A stretch of DNA of 64,000 bases from Acidimicrobiia bacterium (lineage in GTDB: Bacteria > Actinomycetota > Acidimicrobiia > Spongiisociales > JAENVV01). Location: contig JBFHAT010000005.1 of the NCBI GenBank assembly GCA_041586155.1, forward strand, positions 10,520 through 74,519, in the 5' to 3' direction. The position numbers and the translations under genes were made by a program. Below, piece after piece: positions 37,909 to 48,179 of the stretch. Under the pieces are notes generated by a model. It did not search any database. It worked only from the letters and a program-made list of their open reading frames with translations, and had not been told where the DNA came from. Numbering within the stretch: position 1 is the stretch's first letter; every line of letters begins with the position of its first letter.

Positions 37909-38799
37909 CTAGTCGAACAGGCCCCGCCACAGCTTGCGGAAGAAGCCTTCTTCCGGTCGTGGCAGATCGGCCAGCACCCGTCCCTGCAGATCGAGCGGAA
38001 GCTCACCCACCAGGACGAACCCGCCTTCGGGCGAAGTCCATGCAATGGCGGCCGAACCGAGCGAGAACGCACGCTGATATCGATTGCCCTCGATGGTGCT
38101 GTCGGGCACCTGTGCCAGCTCCGGCACCTCGATCTGCTTCTCTGAGTTGAGAACGGTGAAGGAGAAGACGCCGTCGCCGTAATAGGCAGCGGCGATCTCC
38201 GGCTCGGGTCCCTCGGACACGGACAGGCGATCGAAGCCTCCCACCACCGAGGGAAGGGCGCGCTCGTTGAACGAATCGACCGACTCCATCACCACCTCAG
38301 CCAGGTCGACGTCGGCGGTGAGCCCAGGCTGTCCCGGCTCGAACGAGACGAACCTCGTCGAACAGTAGGTCGTGCCGTCGGCGTTGAACACGTCGGACGC
38401 CAGCAGCACGCCGGTGGTGACGTCGAAGCGCATCCTGAGGCGGATTGTTTCGGCCTCGAGAACCTCGACGATCTCGACCGGGCGTTGCAGAAAACGGCCG
38501 CTCCGACCATCGCGTACGTCGTAGCGGCCGGACTCGATCCAACCGGCGTCGACGGCGACCATCGCTGCCCGCACGACTCCGCCGGCGTCGCGCGACACGA
38601 CCACGCCCTCAGCCTGCGACACCTCGAAGACATCGGACGTGCGACCGTCGGGCGTGTTGCACACCACGGTTTGCTCGCCGGTGTACACGGCCTCTGCTTG
38701 CCGGCTGAGCAGCTCTTCGAGATCGACGGCGCCGGCCAGCGGCCCGAAGACGCTGAGCCCCGCCACGACGGCGATGATGGTCGTCAACCGGGCGGTCAC
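37909..38799 (-). CDS. MucB/RseB-like protein (sigma-E regulatory, LolA-like fold)
   Basis: GTG start overlaps the anti-sigma stop (GTGA). N-terminal hydrophobic anchor LTTIIAVVAGLSVFG. Follows sigE and its anti-sigma. Confidence 0.45.
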   Translation of the reverse strand: MTARLTTIIAVVAGLSVFGPLAGAVDLEELLSRQAEAVYTGEQTVVCNTPDGRTSDVFEVSQAEGVVVSRDAGGVVRAAMVAVDAGWIESGRYDVRDGRSGRFLQRPVEIVEVLEAETIRLRMRFDVTTGVLLASDVFNADGTTYCSTRFVSFEPGQPGLTADVDLAEVVMESVDSFNERALPSVVGGFDRLSVSEGPEPEIAAAYYGDGVFSFTVLNSEKQIEVPELAQVPDSTIEGNRYQRAFSLGSAAIAWTSPEGGFVLVGELPLDLQGRVLADLPRPEEGFFRKLWRGLFD

Positions 38800-39224
38800 C
38801 GGGTGCCTCCCTGCGTCGGCTGACCGAGGTTCTGGGTGATGACGGGATCGTGCAATTGCTGCTGCTGATACTGCAACGACACATCGTCCAATGTGATCCC
38901 GACCACGTCGGGAGCGGATGCGGTGGCGGCGGCGACGAACACGATGATCGCGGCGGCGGCTGCGGCCACCCAACTCAGGGGTCGCCGTCGCAGCGGCACG
39001 ACCTCGGCCGGAGACCCGACCCCGGCGAGGAGCCCGACCGGGAGCTCGAGGACGGGCAGCGACCGCAGCGCACTACGGGCTGCATGGAGGTCTGCCATTT
39101 CGAGACGACAGCGCTCGCAGTCGGCGAGGTGTTCGACGACCATCAGCGACTCGGCGGCGGACGTTTCGCCATCGAGATAGGCGGAGGCCAGCTCGCCGAG
39201 GTGGTTTCCGGCCGCTCTCGTCAT
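38796..39224 (-). CDS. Anti-sigma factor (zinc-finger HC2 type)
   Basis: ASAYLDGETSAAESLMVVEHLADCERC motif. C-terminal TM segment. Overlaps the sigE stop. Confidence 0.7.
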   Translation of the reverse strand: MTRAAGNHLGELASAYLDGETSAAESLMVVEHLADCERCRLEMADLHAARSALRSLPVLELPVGLLAGVGSPAEVVPLRRRPLSWVAAAAAAIIVFVAAATASAPDVVGITLDDVSLQYQQQQLHDPVITQNLGQPTQGGTR

Positions 39225-39724
39225 GAAAGCGCCTCACGCAGCAATTTCCGACCGCGATGGATCCGAGACCGCACGGTGCCGACAGGGACGTCGGTGGCTG
39301 CGGCGATCTCGTCGTAGCTGAGGCCGATCAGATCGCACATCACGACCGACTCCCGAAAGTCGTACGGCAGGGCGAGCAGCGCTTTCTGGACGTCTTCGCC
39401 GAGCCGGATCGAGGCGAGCACATCGTCGGGGGCAGGAGTGACCGCGTATCCGGTCCGGTCGAGGTCGTCAGGCAGCCTCGTCGTCGGTCGCCGCTGCCGC
39501 CGACGAACATCATCGAGGAAGGCGTTGCGGGTGATCCTCCACAACCAGCCTTCGAAGCTCCCGGGAACGTACCGTTCCAACCCTCGGCGAACCCGCAGCA
39601 ACACTTCTTGAGTGAGGTCGGCCGCGTCGTCCGGATTGCCGGTGAGTCGATACGCGAAGTTATAGATCTTCCGCCCATGGGTGTGCGCAACTTCTTCCCA
39701 CGTCAGGGGCACTTGCTCAGCCAT
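39221..39724 (-). CDS. sigE: ECF RNA polymerase sigma factor (SigE-like)
   Basis: Region 2 (IYNFAYRLTGNPDDAADLTQEVLLRV) and region 4 (LSYDEIAAATDVPVGTVRSRIHRGR). Confidence 0.85.
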   Translation of the reverse strand: MAEQVPLTWEEVAHTHGRKIYNFAYRLTGNPDDAADLTQEVLLRVRRGLERYVPGSFEGWLWRITRNAFLDDVRRRQRRPTTRLPDDLDRTGYAVTPAPDDVLASIRLGEDVQKALLALPYDFRESVVMCDLIGLSYDEIAAATDVPVGTVRSRIHRGRKLLREALS

Positions 39725-39768
39725 TGCGGCCTATCCCCATAACGGGGCCGGGCGGAGAAAAGTTCCGC

Positions 39769-39966
39769 TCAGTCCGAATCTTTTTTGGACGCCTCCGCCA
39801 CCGGTGCTTCAGCGTCGTCTTCGGACGCTCCGGCCTCGATGCCCTTGCGGAATTCCTTGGCCGACGCTCCAAGCGAACGAGCGAGATCCGGGAGCTTCTT
39901 CGCCCCGAACAGCAGCACGACGATGAGGGCGATGATGAGCCATTCCCATCCAGATGGTGTGCGCAT
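39769..39966 (-). CDS. tatA: Sec-independent protein translocase TatA
   Basis: GWEWLIIALIVVLLFGAKKLPDLARSLG followed by an amphipathic/acidic tail. 65 aa. Confidence 0.8.
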   Translation of the reverse strand: MRTPSGWEWLIIALIVVLLFGAKKLPDLARSLGASAKEFRKGIEAGASEDDAEAPVAEASKKDSD

Positions 39967-40083
39967 TGGGTCGATCTCCTTTCGGGCTGCAAACTCTAGT
40001 CCCTCCTCGCAGTTTGTCAGTCGGCAGAAACCGAGCCCATGAGTAGGACGTCTCTCGACACCCGATGGTTCCGACCCTGCCCA

Positions 40084-40395
40084 TCACCGACTGGAGAGGA
40101 GGAAGTCGGCTGCCATCGACGCAGCCACCCACACGGGTAGCGCGCTCAGCCCGATCGCGCCGATGGACCGGATGAGCGTCCATCGCTGCCCAAACGCCTC
40201 GGAGATCAGCACGAGCAACGTGGCGCCGACGATGTACGCCCCGCCCAGTCCGGCGACGAACAAGAGACCGATGCCCGGGTCCGAAGCGGCACTCTGACTC
40301 TGCGAGGACTCGGCGGCCATCGTGACGACGCCGACCACTGCGAGGCCGGTCACGCCCAGCACGAGGTACGGACACCATCGGCGAGCCAGCAACAC
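40084..40395 (-). CDS. Hypothetical small membrane protein
   Basis: 103 aa with three hydrophobic segments. Confidence 0.35.
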   Translation of the reverse strand: MLLARRWCPYLVLGVTGLAVVGVVTMAAESSQSQSAASDPGIGLLFVAGLGGAYIVGATLLVLISEAFGQRWTLIRSIGAIGLSALPVWVAASMAADFLLSSR

Positions 40396-40476
40396 CGTGG
40401 TCAGCTCCTCCGTCGATCGGGATCCGAGGGAACCAAATCTCCGGGCACGGCGGTCCGGCCTGGCCTCTCGCTGCGC

Positions 40477-41409
40477 CTAGCTCAGAGCCAGAGAATCGAC
40501 GAAATGCTGCAGCCGCTCCCTGGTGACGAAGCGGACCCTCGAATCGTTGCGCTCGCGCTCGTACACCTCGAACGGCCCATACTTGTCGCTCACCAGGAGG
40601 CCCCGATCGGCCTTGGATGCGAGAAAGGTCACGGTGAAGTCGCGGATGGCCGTCTCGGACACTTCTTGGTATCCGCCCGGCTCGTGGGGCACGTCGTAGA
40701 TGAGTGTCGTGGTTCCGGCCCGGGAGGCTCTGTAGAGATGGTCGTCCTCCTGAGTGACCTGGTAGCCGAACACCGCGAGCGTTCCCCGCACCAGCTCTCC
40801 CGCCGACATCGTGGACGGATCGATGCCCTGCGCCCGCAATCCGACGTCGACCGCCTTGGGAATGCGCAGCTCCCTGCCGATCGGGACCAACTCGCCCTCG
40901 GTGGACGTCGACGTCGTCTGCGGCGTCGCATCGCTGCGGCCGGTGAACTGCTCTTCGAGCGGATCGATGTCGACCGCCGAGAGATCCAGCACCGCCGCAC
41001 CGGACAGTGGCGGCGGCAGTTCGCCGGGAGCAGGAAGTCGGATCCGGCCGACCTCGCGCACCTCGCCCCTCCCTGCGAATGCGACCACCTCGGTGACCTG
41101 GTCGATCGGCAGATGATGGCGCTTCTCGCGGGTGACCTCGAGGGCCTCGTTGATCAAGAGCTCTTGCATCAGCTCGTCGGGTCCGTCACTCTCCGGCAAG
41201 GGGACATCGAACGTGACCTGTGCTTCGTGTTCTTGGACGTGGAAGGCGGCAACCGCAGGTCGCGGACGATCGACCGAGAGCTCCATCGCCGGTGCCCCAT
41301 CGGGGGTCACCAGCGCTTCCTTGGCGGTTTGCGTCCGGCGCCTGGTCATGATTGCAAACGCCATCAGCAGGAGACCGATGATGATGATCACGATGCCAAC
41401 CGTCTGCAC
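40477..41409 (-). CDS. Hypothetical membrane-anchored protein
   Basis: Ile-rich N-terminal TM (MQTVGIVIIIIGLLLMAFAIM), unusual for a GC-rich genome and therefore likely real. A long linker, then a ~110-aa C-terminal domain. The antisense ORF 40504..41712 was rejected. Confidence 0.45.
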   Translation of the reverse strand: MQTVGIVIIIIGLLLMAFAIMTRRRTQTAKEALVTPDGAPAMELSVDRPRPAVAAFHVQEHEAQVTFDVPLPESDGPDELMQELLINEALEVTREKRHHLPIDQVTEVVAFAGRGEVREVGRIRLPAPGELPPPLSGAAVLDLSAVDIDPLEEQFTGRSDATPQTTSTSTEGELVPIGRELRIPKAVDVGLRAQGIDPSTMSAGELVRGTLAVFGYQVTQEDDHLYRASRAGTTTLIYDVPHEPGGYQEVSETAIRDFTVTFLASKADRGLLVSDKYGPFEVYERERNDSRVRFVTRERLQHFVDSLALS

Positions 41410-41472
41410 TGCAAGCCTTTCGTCGTGTCGTGCCCGAGTGTAGATGCTGTGCGGATCGGCCTACGGCCAAAG

Positions 41473-41754
41473 TCAGACGGCCTGCTTCCTCCGCGCCGCG
41501 ATTGCTCGGTCCTTGCGGATTCGGCGTCGCTCGCGTTCGGACAATCCACCCCAGATCCCGAACTTCTCGCTGTGCTGAATGGCGAACTCCAGGCACTCCA
41601 CTCGAACCTCGCAAGCGCCGCAGATGGCCTTGGCTTTCCTGGTCGACGCACCCCGCTCGGGAAAGAACAGATCTGCGTCGGCCCCGCGGCAATTCGAGTA
41701 GTCCTGCCATGACAAGTCGTGAAGCGCCAGCGCCTCGATCAGCTTCCGTTGCAC
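41473..41754 (-). CDS. whiB: WhiB-family transcriptional regulator (Fe-S, four Cys)
   Basis: C..C..C cluster CRGADADLFFPERG...CGACEVRVEC. GW-turn FGIWGGLSERERRRI. GTG start at 41754 inferred. Confidence 0.7.
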   Translation of the reverse strand: MQRKLIEALALHDLSWQDYSNCRGADADLFFPERGASTRKAKAICGACEVRVECLEFAIQHSEKFGIWGGLSERERRRIRKDRAIAARRKQAV

Positions 41755-42091
41755 CGTGTCCCTCTCACTCTTCCCCTCCTCGTCCCTCTGACGCTCCCCT
41801 CGAGGTTTCCTCCGGCGCACGCCCGTGTTGGTCCGGGCCGGCCGTGAGACAACTCCGCGTCTCCGGTTTCCGGGTGGCCTACATCCCGATGGTCGGTTTT
41901 CGCGATCCGCTCCGCTCGCTCGAACCACTCACATCCGTGTAATTACACCATTGTGATTGTGGACCTCTCGGCCCCGGCCTGTCAAGCCCGACACCTCCAA
42001 AAGCCCCTCTCCGACGCCGATTTGGGTCCTGCGACCTACCGGCGAGGGCCGCGCTGGCATAATGGGCCGGCACCGAGAGAGCAGGAGCATC

Positions 42092-42814
42092 GTGGCAACC
42101 ACCGAGCTTGAGCGCCCCCGCCGCCAGATCTGGCTCGTCGACCTCTATCGCTCCGACATCGGCAAGAAGTACGCGATGGCACTCTCGGGCATCATCCTCT
42201 TGGGGTTCGTCGTCGCCCACATGGTCGGCAACCTCCATCTCTTCGAGGGCCCAGAGAAGATGAACGAGTACGGCGAGTTCCTTCGCGATTTCGGCGAGCC
42301 GGTTGCGCCCCGCAGCGTGGTGCTGTGGCTCCTTCTGCGGATCCCCCTGATCGGCGCCTTTGCCGTGCACATCCATGCCGCCTACGCCCTGACGTACGTC
42401 AACGCCAAGGCCAGGCCCGACAAATACCAGCAGCCCCGAGAGTGGCTGGCGGCCAGTTACGCGTCACGCACGATGCGATGGTCCGGAACGATCGTGCTTC
42501 TCTTTCTGATCTGGCACCTGGCCGATCTCACCTGGGGTTGGACGTTCGTGAACCCTGACTTCGAACGGGGTATGCCCTACGAGAACGCGGTGGCATCGAT
42601 GAGCCGCGCGGGTGTCGCGGCGCTCTACGTCGTGGCCAACGTCGCGCTCGGATTTCACATCTTTCACGGCGCATGGAGCCTGTTCCAGAGCATCGGCGCC
42701 AACCATCCCCGCTTCAATCGGTGGCGCCGGTGGCTCGCCCAAGGGCTGGCGACCGTCGTCGTACTGGGCAATGTGGCTTTTCCCATCGCCATCTTCACCG
42801 GTTTCGTGGGTTGA
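42092..42814 (+). CDS. sdhC: Succinate dehydrogenase/fumarate reductase cytochrome b subunit (single-anchor, Bacillus/Mtb Sdh1 type)
   Basis: Five TM helices with conserved His residues. GTG start after GCAGGAG. Directly upstream of sdhA. Confidence 0.75.
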   Translation: MATTELERPRRQIWLVDLYRSDIGKKYAMALSGIILLGFVVAHMVGNLHLFEGPEKMNEYGEFLRDFGEPVAPRSVVLWLLLRIPLIGAFAVHIHAAYALTYVNAKARPDKYQQPREWLAASYASRTMRWSGTIVLLFLIWHLADLTWGWTFVNPDFERGMPYENAVASMSRAGVAALYVVANVALGFHIFHGAWSLFQSIGANHPRFNRWRRWLAQGLATVVVLGNVAFPIAIFTGFVG

Positions 42815-42828
42815 GGAGGTCTGGCGAA

Positions 42829-44748
42829 ATGATCACCCTCGACGCACGCATCCCGGAGGGCCCCATCGACCGGCTCTGGGAGAACCACAAGTTCGAGATG
42901 AAGCTGGTCAACCCCAACAACAAGCGCAAGTTCACGGTGATCGTGGTCGGCACCGGACTCGCCGGTGCCTCGGCTGCCGCCACCATGGCCGAGTTGGGCT
43001 ACCGCGTGAAGGCCTTCACCTACCACGACTCCGCGCGGCGAGCCCATTCCATCGCCGCCCAGGGCGGCATCAACGCCGCCAAGAACTACCACGGCGACGG
43101 AGACTCGATCTTTCGGTTGTTCTACGACACCGTGAAAGGCGGTGACTTTCGGTCCCGGGAAGCAAACGTCTACCGGCTGGCCGAGGTGTCGGTCAACATC
43201 ATCGACCAGGCCACCGCCCAAGGCGTCCCGTTCGCCCGCGAGTACGGCGGGCTCCTCGACAACCGCAGCTTTGGTGGAGCGCAGGTGTCTCGTACCTTCT
43301 ACGCCAGGGGCCAGACCGGCCAACAGCTGCTGCTCGGGTCGTACCAGGCGTTGTCGCGTCAGGTAGCGCTGGGCAACGTCGAGCTGCACCGACGAAGCGA
43401 GATGCTCGAACTCGTCATGAAAGACGGGCGAGCCGTGGGCATCGTCACCCGCGACCTCGTCACCGGCGAGATCGCCTCCCACAGCGCACACGCAGTGGTC
43501 CTGGCCACCGGCGGCTACTCGAATGTCTACTACCTCTCCACCAATGCAATGGCGTGCAACACCACCGCCATCTGGCGAGCTCACCGCAAGGGGGCGGCGT
43601 TTGCCAACCCGTGTTTCACCCAGATCCATCCGACCTGTATCCCCTCTTCGGAGGAGTTCCAGTCGAAGCTGACGCTCATGTCGGAGTCGCTGCGCAACGA
43701 CGGTCGCATCTGGGTACCGATGAAAGCCGGGGACACCCGCCCGCCTCACGAGATCCCCGACGCTGAGCGGGACTACTACCTCGAGCGCAAGTACCCGGCG
43801 TTCGGCAACCTGGTGCCTCGCGACGTGGCCAGCCGCAACGCCAAGACGATGGTGGATCAAGGCAAGGGTGTCGGCCCCCTCGAGAACGGCGTCTACCTCG
43901 ACTTTGCCGACTCGATCGCCCGCCTCGGCCGCGACGTCATCGAAGAACGGTACGGAAACCTTTTCGAGATGTACGAGCGGATCACCGACGAGGACCCCTA
44001 CCAGATGCCGATGAGAATCTATCCGGCTCCCCACTACACGATGGGCGGATTGTGGGTCGACTACCACTTGATGACGACGATCGACGGGTTGTTCGCCATC
44101 GGCGAGGCCAACTTCTCCGACCATGGCGCCAACCGGCTTGGAGCATCAGCGCTCATGCAGGGATTGGCGGACGGGTACTTCGTGCTTCCCTACACCATTG
44201 GCAACTACCTTGCCGATTTCCTCGGCGAGGACCCGGTGCATCCCGAGGACTCGGCTTTCGGGGAGGTGGAGCAGGACGTGAGGGACCGCGTTGCCCGCTG
44301 GCTGTCAGTCAAGGGGAGCCGCACGATCGACTGGTTTCACCGCGAATTGGGCAAGATCATGCTCGAGTACTGCGGCATGACTCGTTCGCAGGCCGGGTTG
44401 GAGAAGGCATTGTCGGAGATCCCGGCGCTCCACGATGAGTTTCGCAATGACGTGCGGGTGCTCGGCTCATCCGGCACCCTGAACTCGTCGTTGGAGAAGG
44501 TCGGCCGAGTGGACGACTTCTTCGAACTGGCCCAAGCCATGTGCGTCGACGCCCTCGACCGAGCCGAGTCGTGCGGCGGCCACTTCCGCGAGGAGTACCA
44601 AACCGAAGAAGGCGAGGCGCTCCGACGTGACGACGAGTTCGCTTACGTTTCGGCCTGGGAATGGTCGGGTGATCCGGGGGCTCCGGTGCTCCACGAGGAG
44701 CCTCTCGAATTCGAGCACGTCGAGCTGACTCAGAGGAGCTACAAGTAA
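42829..44748 (+). CDS. sdhA: Succinate dehydrogenase flavoprotein subunit
   Basis: FAD-binding [27 protein letters not shown] covalent FAD His region. 639 aa. RBS GAGGAGG. Confidence 0.9.
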   Translation: MITLDARIPEGPIDRLWENHKFEMKLVNPNNKRKFTVIVVGTGLAGASAAATMAELGYRVKAFTYHDSARRAHSIAAQGGINAAKNYHGDGDSIFRLFYDTVKGGDFRSREANVYRLAEVSVNIIDQATAQGVPFAREYGGLLDNRSFGGAQVSRTFYARGQTGQQLLLGSYQALSRQVALGNVELHRRSEMLELVMKDGRAVGIVTRDLVTGEIASHSAHAVVLATGGYSNVYYLSTNAMACNTTAIWRAHRKGAAFANPCFTQIHPTCIPSSEEFQSKLTLMSESLRNDGRIWVPMKAGDTRPPHEIPDAERDYYLERKYPAFGNLVPRDVASRNAKTMVDQGKGVGPLENGVYLDFADSIARLGRDVIEERYGNLFEMYERITDEDPYQMPMRIYPAPHYTMGGLWVDYHLMTTIDGLFAIGEANFSDHGANRLGASALMQGLADGYFVLPYTIGNYLADFLGEDPVHPEDSAFGEVEQDVRDRVARWLSVKGSRTIDWFHRELGKIMLEYCGMTRSQAGLEKALSEIPALHDEFRNDVRVLGSSGTLNSSLEKVGRVDDFFELAQAMCVDALDRAESCGGHFREEYQTEEGEALRRDDEFAYVSAWEWSGDPGAPVLHEEPLEFEHVELTQRSYK

Positions 44749-45512
44749 TGGACCTGACTCTCGAGGTGTGGCGGCAGCCACACGCCGACGCGCCCGGCTC
44801 CATGGTCACCTACGAAGCGAGGGACATCTCTCCCGACATGTCGTTTCTGGAGATGCTCGACGTGGTGAACGAGCGTCTCATCCAAGACGGAGAGGAGCCC
44901 ATCGTTTTCGACCACGACTGCCGCGAAGGAATCTGCGGCTCGTGCGGTCTCATGATCAACGGCCAGGCCCACGGCCCTCAGCTCGGCACCGCCACCTGCC
45001 AGCTGCACATGCGCAAGTTCGCGAATGGCGACACGATCATGATCGAGCCCTGGCGGGCCGCCGGCTTTCCGGTGATCAAGGATCTCGTCGTCGACCGAAC
45101 CGCCTTCGACCGCATCATCGAGGCCGGCGGCTACATCACCGTGCCCACCGGTTCGGCGCCCGACGCCAACCTCATTCCGGTCCCGAAGGAGGCGGCCGAC
45201 ACCGCCTTCGACGCCGCCGCGTGTATCGGGTGCGGCGCCTGTGTTGCAGCCTGTCCCAATTCGGCGGCGCAACTGTTCACGGCGGCCAAGGTCGCTCATC
45301 TCAATCTGCTGCCCCAAGGCCAGCCCGAGCGCTGGACCCGGGTTGAGGCCATGGTCGACACCATGGAGGAGTACTTCGGCTCGTGCACCAACCACGGAGA
45401 GTGCGAGAAGGCCTGCCCCAAGTCCATCTCGATCGACTTCATCGCGCTGCTCAACCGCGACTACATCAAGGCCAAGGTGATCAACCGTCGCCTGGCCGGT
45501 CAGACCCGCTGA
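44748..45512 (+). CDS. sdhB: Succinate dehydrogenase iron-sulfur subunit
   Basis: 2Fe-2[11 protein letters not shown] and 4Fe-4[13 protein letters not shown] clusters. TAATG overlap with sdhA. Confidence 0.9.
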   Translation: MDLTLEVWRQPHADAPGSMVTYEARDISPDMSFLEMLDVVNERLIQDGEEPIVFDHDCREGICGSCGLMINGQAHGPQLGTATCQLHMRKFANGDTIMIEPWRAAGFPVIKDLVVDRTAFDRIIEAGGYITVPTGSAPDANLIPVPKEAADTAFDAAACIGCGACVAACPNSAAQLFTAAKVAHLNLLPQGQPERWTRVEAMVDTMEEYFGSCTNHGECEKACPKSISIDFIALLNRDYIKAKVINRRLAGQTR

Positions 45513-45548
45513 CGAGGCCTTCGGCCGTCGATCGCAGTCACCGAACGT

Positions 45549-45577
45549 GGCCGATCTCCATTGTGGAACGATCGGCC
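45549..45577 (+). terminator. Hairpin downstream of sdhB (8-bp GC stem GGCCGATC/GATCGGCC, 13-nt loop); possible U-tract-less terminator or regulatory hairpin
   Basis: Inverted repeat read from the sequence 37 bp after the sdhB stop. No T-tract. The loop contains CATTGTGG. Confidence 0.3.
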
Positions 45578-45644
45578 GACTGGTACCATCGACGCGGGGT
45601 TGAAGGGCTCGTCCGGGGGCCCACCGCTAGGGAGCGTGTTACGG

Positions 45645-46082
45645 ATGGCCTATCGCCATAGATGGCGTCAGAGAAGGGAAGACGATGGCGCCGCGCTGGT
45701 CGAGTTCGCCATTCTCGCCCCATTCTTGATTCTGCTGGCGCTGGGGATGGTCGAAGCCGGATGGGCGTTCAACGCCAAGCTCGACGTGACCCATGCCGCC
45801 CGCGAGGCCGGCCGACTCGCGGCAGTCAATACCGATACCGCCGCCAACATGGTGGCCGAGGCGTGCAGCCGTATGGACCTCTCCAACAACACCACCATCG
45901 AGCTGACTCGCACGGGGGCTCAGATCGGCGACGAGCTGGCCGTCGACGTGATTCACAACTACACGAGCATCACCGGCGGCTTCATCCCGTTCTTCAACGG
46001 CATCACCGTCAACTCGACCGTGGAGATGCGCCTCGAACAAGACGCCACCTGGTCGGGGATCGCGGGGCCGATCTCATGTTGA
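45645..46082 (+). CDS. TadE-like protein (Flp pilus assembly/pseudopilin-like N-terminus)
   Basis: DDGAALVEFAILAPFLILLALGMVEAGWAF TadE motif. 145 aa. Confidence 0.65.
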   Translation: MAYRHRWRQRREDDGAALVEFAILAPFLILLALGMVEAGWAFNAKLDVTHAAREAGRLAAVNTDTAANMVAEACSRMDLSNNTTIELTRTGAQIGDELAVDVIHNYTSITGGFIPFFNGITVNSTVEMRLEQDATWSGIAGPISC

Positions 46083-47578
46083 GCCGGTTCCGTCGCAACG
46101 AGCGAGGCGCCACCGCCGTGATGGTCGCCTCGATGATGCTGCTGCTGATGGGCATCGCCGCCCTCGTCGCCGACTGGGGCATGGGCACCTCGGTGCGCCG
46201 GGCCGCTCAGAACGCCTCCGACGCCTCTTCACTGGGCTCGGCGATCGAGTTCACCATCAACGCCGGCGCCAACCCGATGCAAGCAGCGGTAGACGAGGTG
46301 TATGACCTGGTGAACCGCAATATGGCCGATGCGCCGACCGCGGCAGACTGGACCGCCTGCGTCGACCCCACCCCGCTCGCCCGGCGAACCTTGAGCGACG
46401 GCGCGCTGTTGGGGGTGGTGGGTGGTTCCGACTGCATCAGCTGGAGCGCCAACTTCGACGAAGTCCGGGTGCGCATCCCCACCCGAGGCGTCGACACGTT
46501 CTTCGGGTCGGTGTTCGGCATCAACCAGATCGACGTGGCAGCAGAAGCACACGCTGCGGTGGTCGGCAACAGCGGCGGAGGCGGTTTCGCCTTTCCCACC
46601 GGGGTGTTCAGCGACGCCGGCGGCACCGAATTCTGCATGAAGACCGGCACCGGCGCCCAATCCCACAACAGCTGCGGTGACCCCACCACCGGCGACTTCG
46701 GCAACTTCCGGCCCTACTGGTACGCCGAGATCGCCCCCGGCGGCCCCAACTCGGAGTGCACGTCGGGCGAGCAACCCACTCCGATGTCACGGGTCATGGC
46801 GGTCGGCATGGACCACGAGCTGGGTCACTGGATCGCCGGCAGCGACCGGAGGAACGGCGCCGGATGCCCGGCCGCGGCCGGCCCGCCCAAGCCCAACATG
46901 CTCGACTCTGCAGCTGGCTACACGAAGACCGACATCAGCAACGGGCTGGTCAAGGGCGGCGTCTACGACGGCGCATTCGCCGGGCGACTCGACGGTGGCT
47001 ACGACACCGGATGGGGCACCACCACCGTCTTCGGCTTCACGATCGACAACCGTCCGCTGTGGACGATGATCGATCCGAGCGTGGGCACTCCGGAATGCAT
47101 CGCGGCGCGGGCCCATCCAGCCGCTCCCGCCGACGCCGCCGCCTATGACGCTGCCTGGGCGGACATGCTGGCATGCCTCAGCAACCACACAGGGCTTCTG
47201 TTCACCTCAGCCATTGAGAGCTCGGCCCGGCTTTCAGCGGTCCCGAAATTCATCGAGACCACGCCGCTGCCCAACAACTCGTGCTGCTACCACGTCGACT
47301 ACATCGTCCCGATGTGGATCCAGGACCTCTACGTCGTCCTCTCTCCCCAGCTCACGTGCAACGGCACCCTCGACAACGACCCGGTGGAGGGAACCTGTGT
47401 CTCCCGGCCCGGGCTGAACGGCACGATCAGCATCGTCGCACCGGGGCAACGGGTCCTCGACTCGGCCAGCGGGGTCGTGCTCGAATGCGACCATCTGCCC
47501 GACGATCTGTGCAACTCGCTCAGCGGAGGCCCTGGGGGCGGCACCAACAGCTTCACCGGCGTCGAGCTGACCCGCTGA
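46076..47578 (+). CDS. TadG-like N-terminal domain protein with Cys-rich extracellular region containing an HELGH motif
   Basis: ERGATAVMVASMMLLLMGIAALVADWGMG (TadG-like N-terminal motif). Start overlaps the TadE stop. Cys-rich 470-aa C-terminal region. MDHELGHW at 46811..46834. Confidence 0.6.
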   Translation: MLSRFRRNERGATAVMVASMMLLLMGIAALVADWGMGTSVRRAAQNASDASSLGSAIEFTINAGANPMQAAVDEVYDLVNRNMADAPTAADWTACVDPTPLARRTLSDGALLGVVGGSDCISWSANFDEVRVRIPTRGVDTFFGSVFGINQIDVAAEAHAAVVGNSGGGGFAFPTGVFSDAGGTEFCMKTGTGAQSHNSCGDPTTGDFGNFRPYWYAEIAPGGPNSECTSGEQPTPMSRVMAVGMDHELGHWIAGSDRRNGAGCPAAAGPPKPNMLDSAAGYTKTDISNGLVKGGVYDGAFAGRLDGGYDTGWGTTTVFGFTIDNRPLWTMIDPSVGTPECIAARAHPAAPADAAAYDAAWADMLACLSNHTGLLFTSAIESSARLSAVPKFIETTPLPNNSCCYHVDYIVPMWIQDLYVVLSPQLTCNGTLDNDPVEGTCVSRPGLNGTISIVAPGQRVLDSASGVVLECDHLPDDLCNSLSGGPGGGTNSFTGVELTR

Positions 47579-47655
47579 AGGCGACCGGCATGGCCGGATG
47601 CCGTAGTTAACCGCTGCTAACATCGCCCCTCCCGTTCGACGAAAGAGGCGAGAGC

Positions 47656-48045
47656 ATGGGCGTGAAATACCTCAGCGAAGAATGGGCCAACGCATTCACC
47701 GATGCGCTGGCCAACCACGACGGCTTCCAGAGTGCCATCGGCACCACCGACCTCGGAGTCCAGTTCCAGGTCACCGACGCCCCCGACGGCGGCACCGTCG
47801 ACTACTACCTCGACATCGGCAACGGATCCGCCAAGATGGCGCTGGGTCAGCTCGAAGACCCCGAGGTCACGATCGCTTCCGACTACGAGACGGCCGCGGG
47901 CATCTCGAAAGGTGAGCTCAACACCCAGGCAGCCTTCATGACCGGAAAGATCAAGGTGACCGGCAACCTGGCGGTGTTGATGATGCATCAGCCGATCGTG
48001 TCCAACTGGACCGCCGCCGCCCAGACCGTCGACATCGACTACTAG
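47656..48045 (+). CDS. SCP2 (sterol carrier protein 2-like) domain protein
   Basis: 129 aa. LSEEWANAF...AAFMTGKIKVTGNLAVLMM is the typical SCP2 C-terminal motif. Confidence 0.7.
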   Translation: MGVKYLSEEWANAFTDALANHDGFQSAIGTTDLGVQFQVTDAPDGGTVDYYLDIGNGSAKMALGQLEDPEVTIASDYETAAGISKGELNTQAAFMTGKIKVTGNLAVLMMHQPIVSNWTAAAQTVDIDY

Positions 48046-48061
48046 CGTCTCACCAGATCTC

Positions 48062-48091
48062 ACTCATTGTGGTAACCTGACCACAATGAGT
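48062..48091 (+). terminator. Perfect 12-bp-arm inverted repeat (ACTCATTGTGGT-aacctg-ACCACAATGAGT) after the SCP2 gene; hairpin or protein-binding palindrome
   Basis: Read directly from the sequence. AT-richer than the surroundings. No U-tract. Confidence 0.35.
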
Positions 48092-48179
48092 CGAAGGACC
48101 TATAGAACTCCGCTCACCGGACCGATAACCTCCAGAGGGGTCGCCAACCGGCATCACGCCGTATGAGGGAGTGGAGAAC

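Noticed and set aside
41937-41962. GTGTAATTACAC followed by TGTGATTGTGG upstream of sdhC, considered as a CRP/GlxR site (TGTGA-N6-TCACA)
   Set aside because: Half-site spacing and sequence do not fit the 16-bp CRP consensus. It is reported instead as an unassigned palindrome with a recurrent CATTGTGG core.
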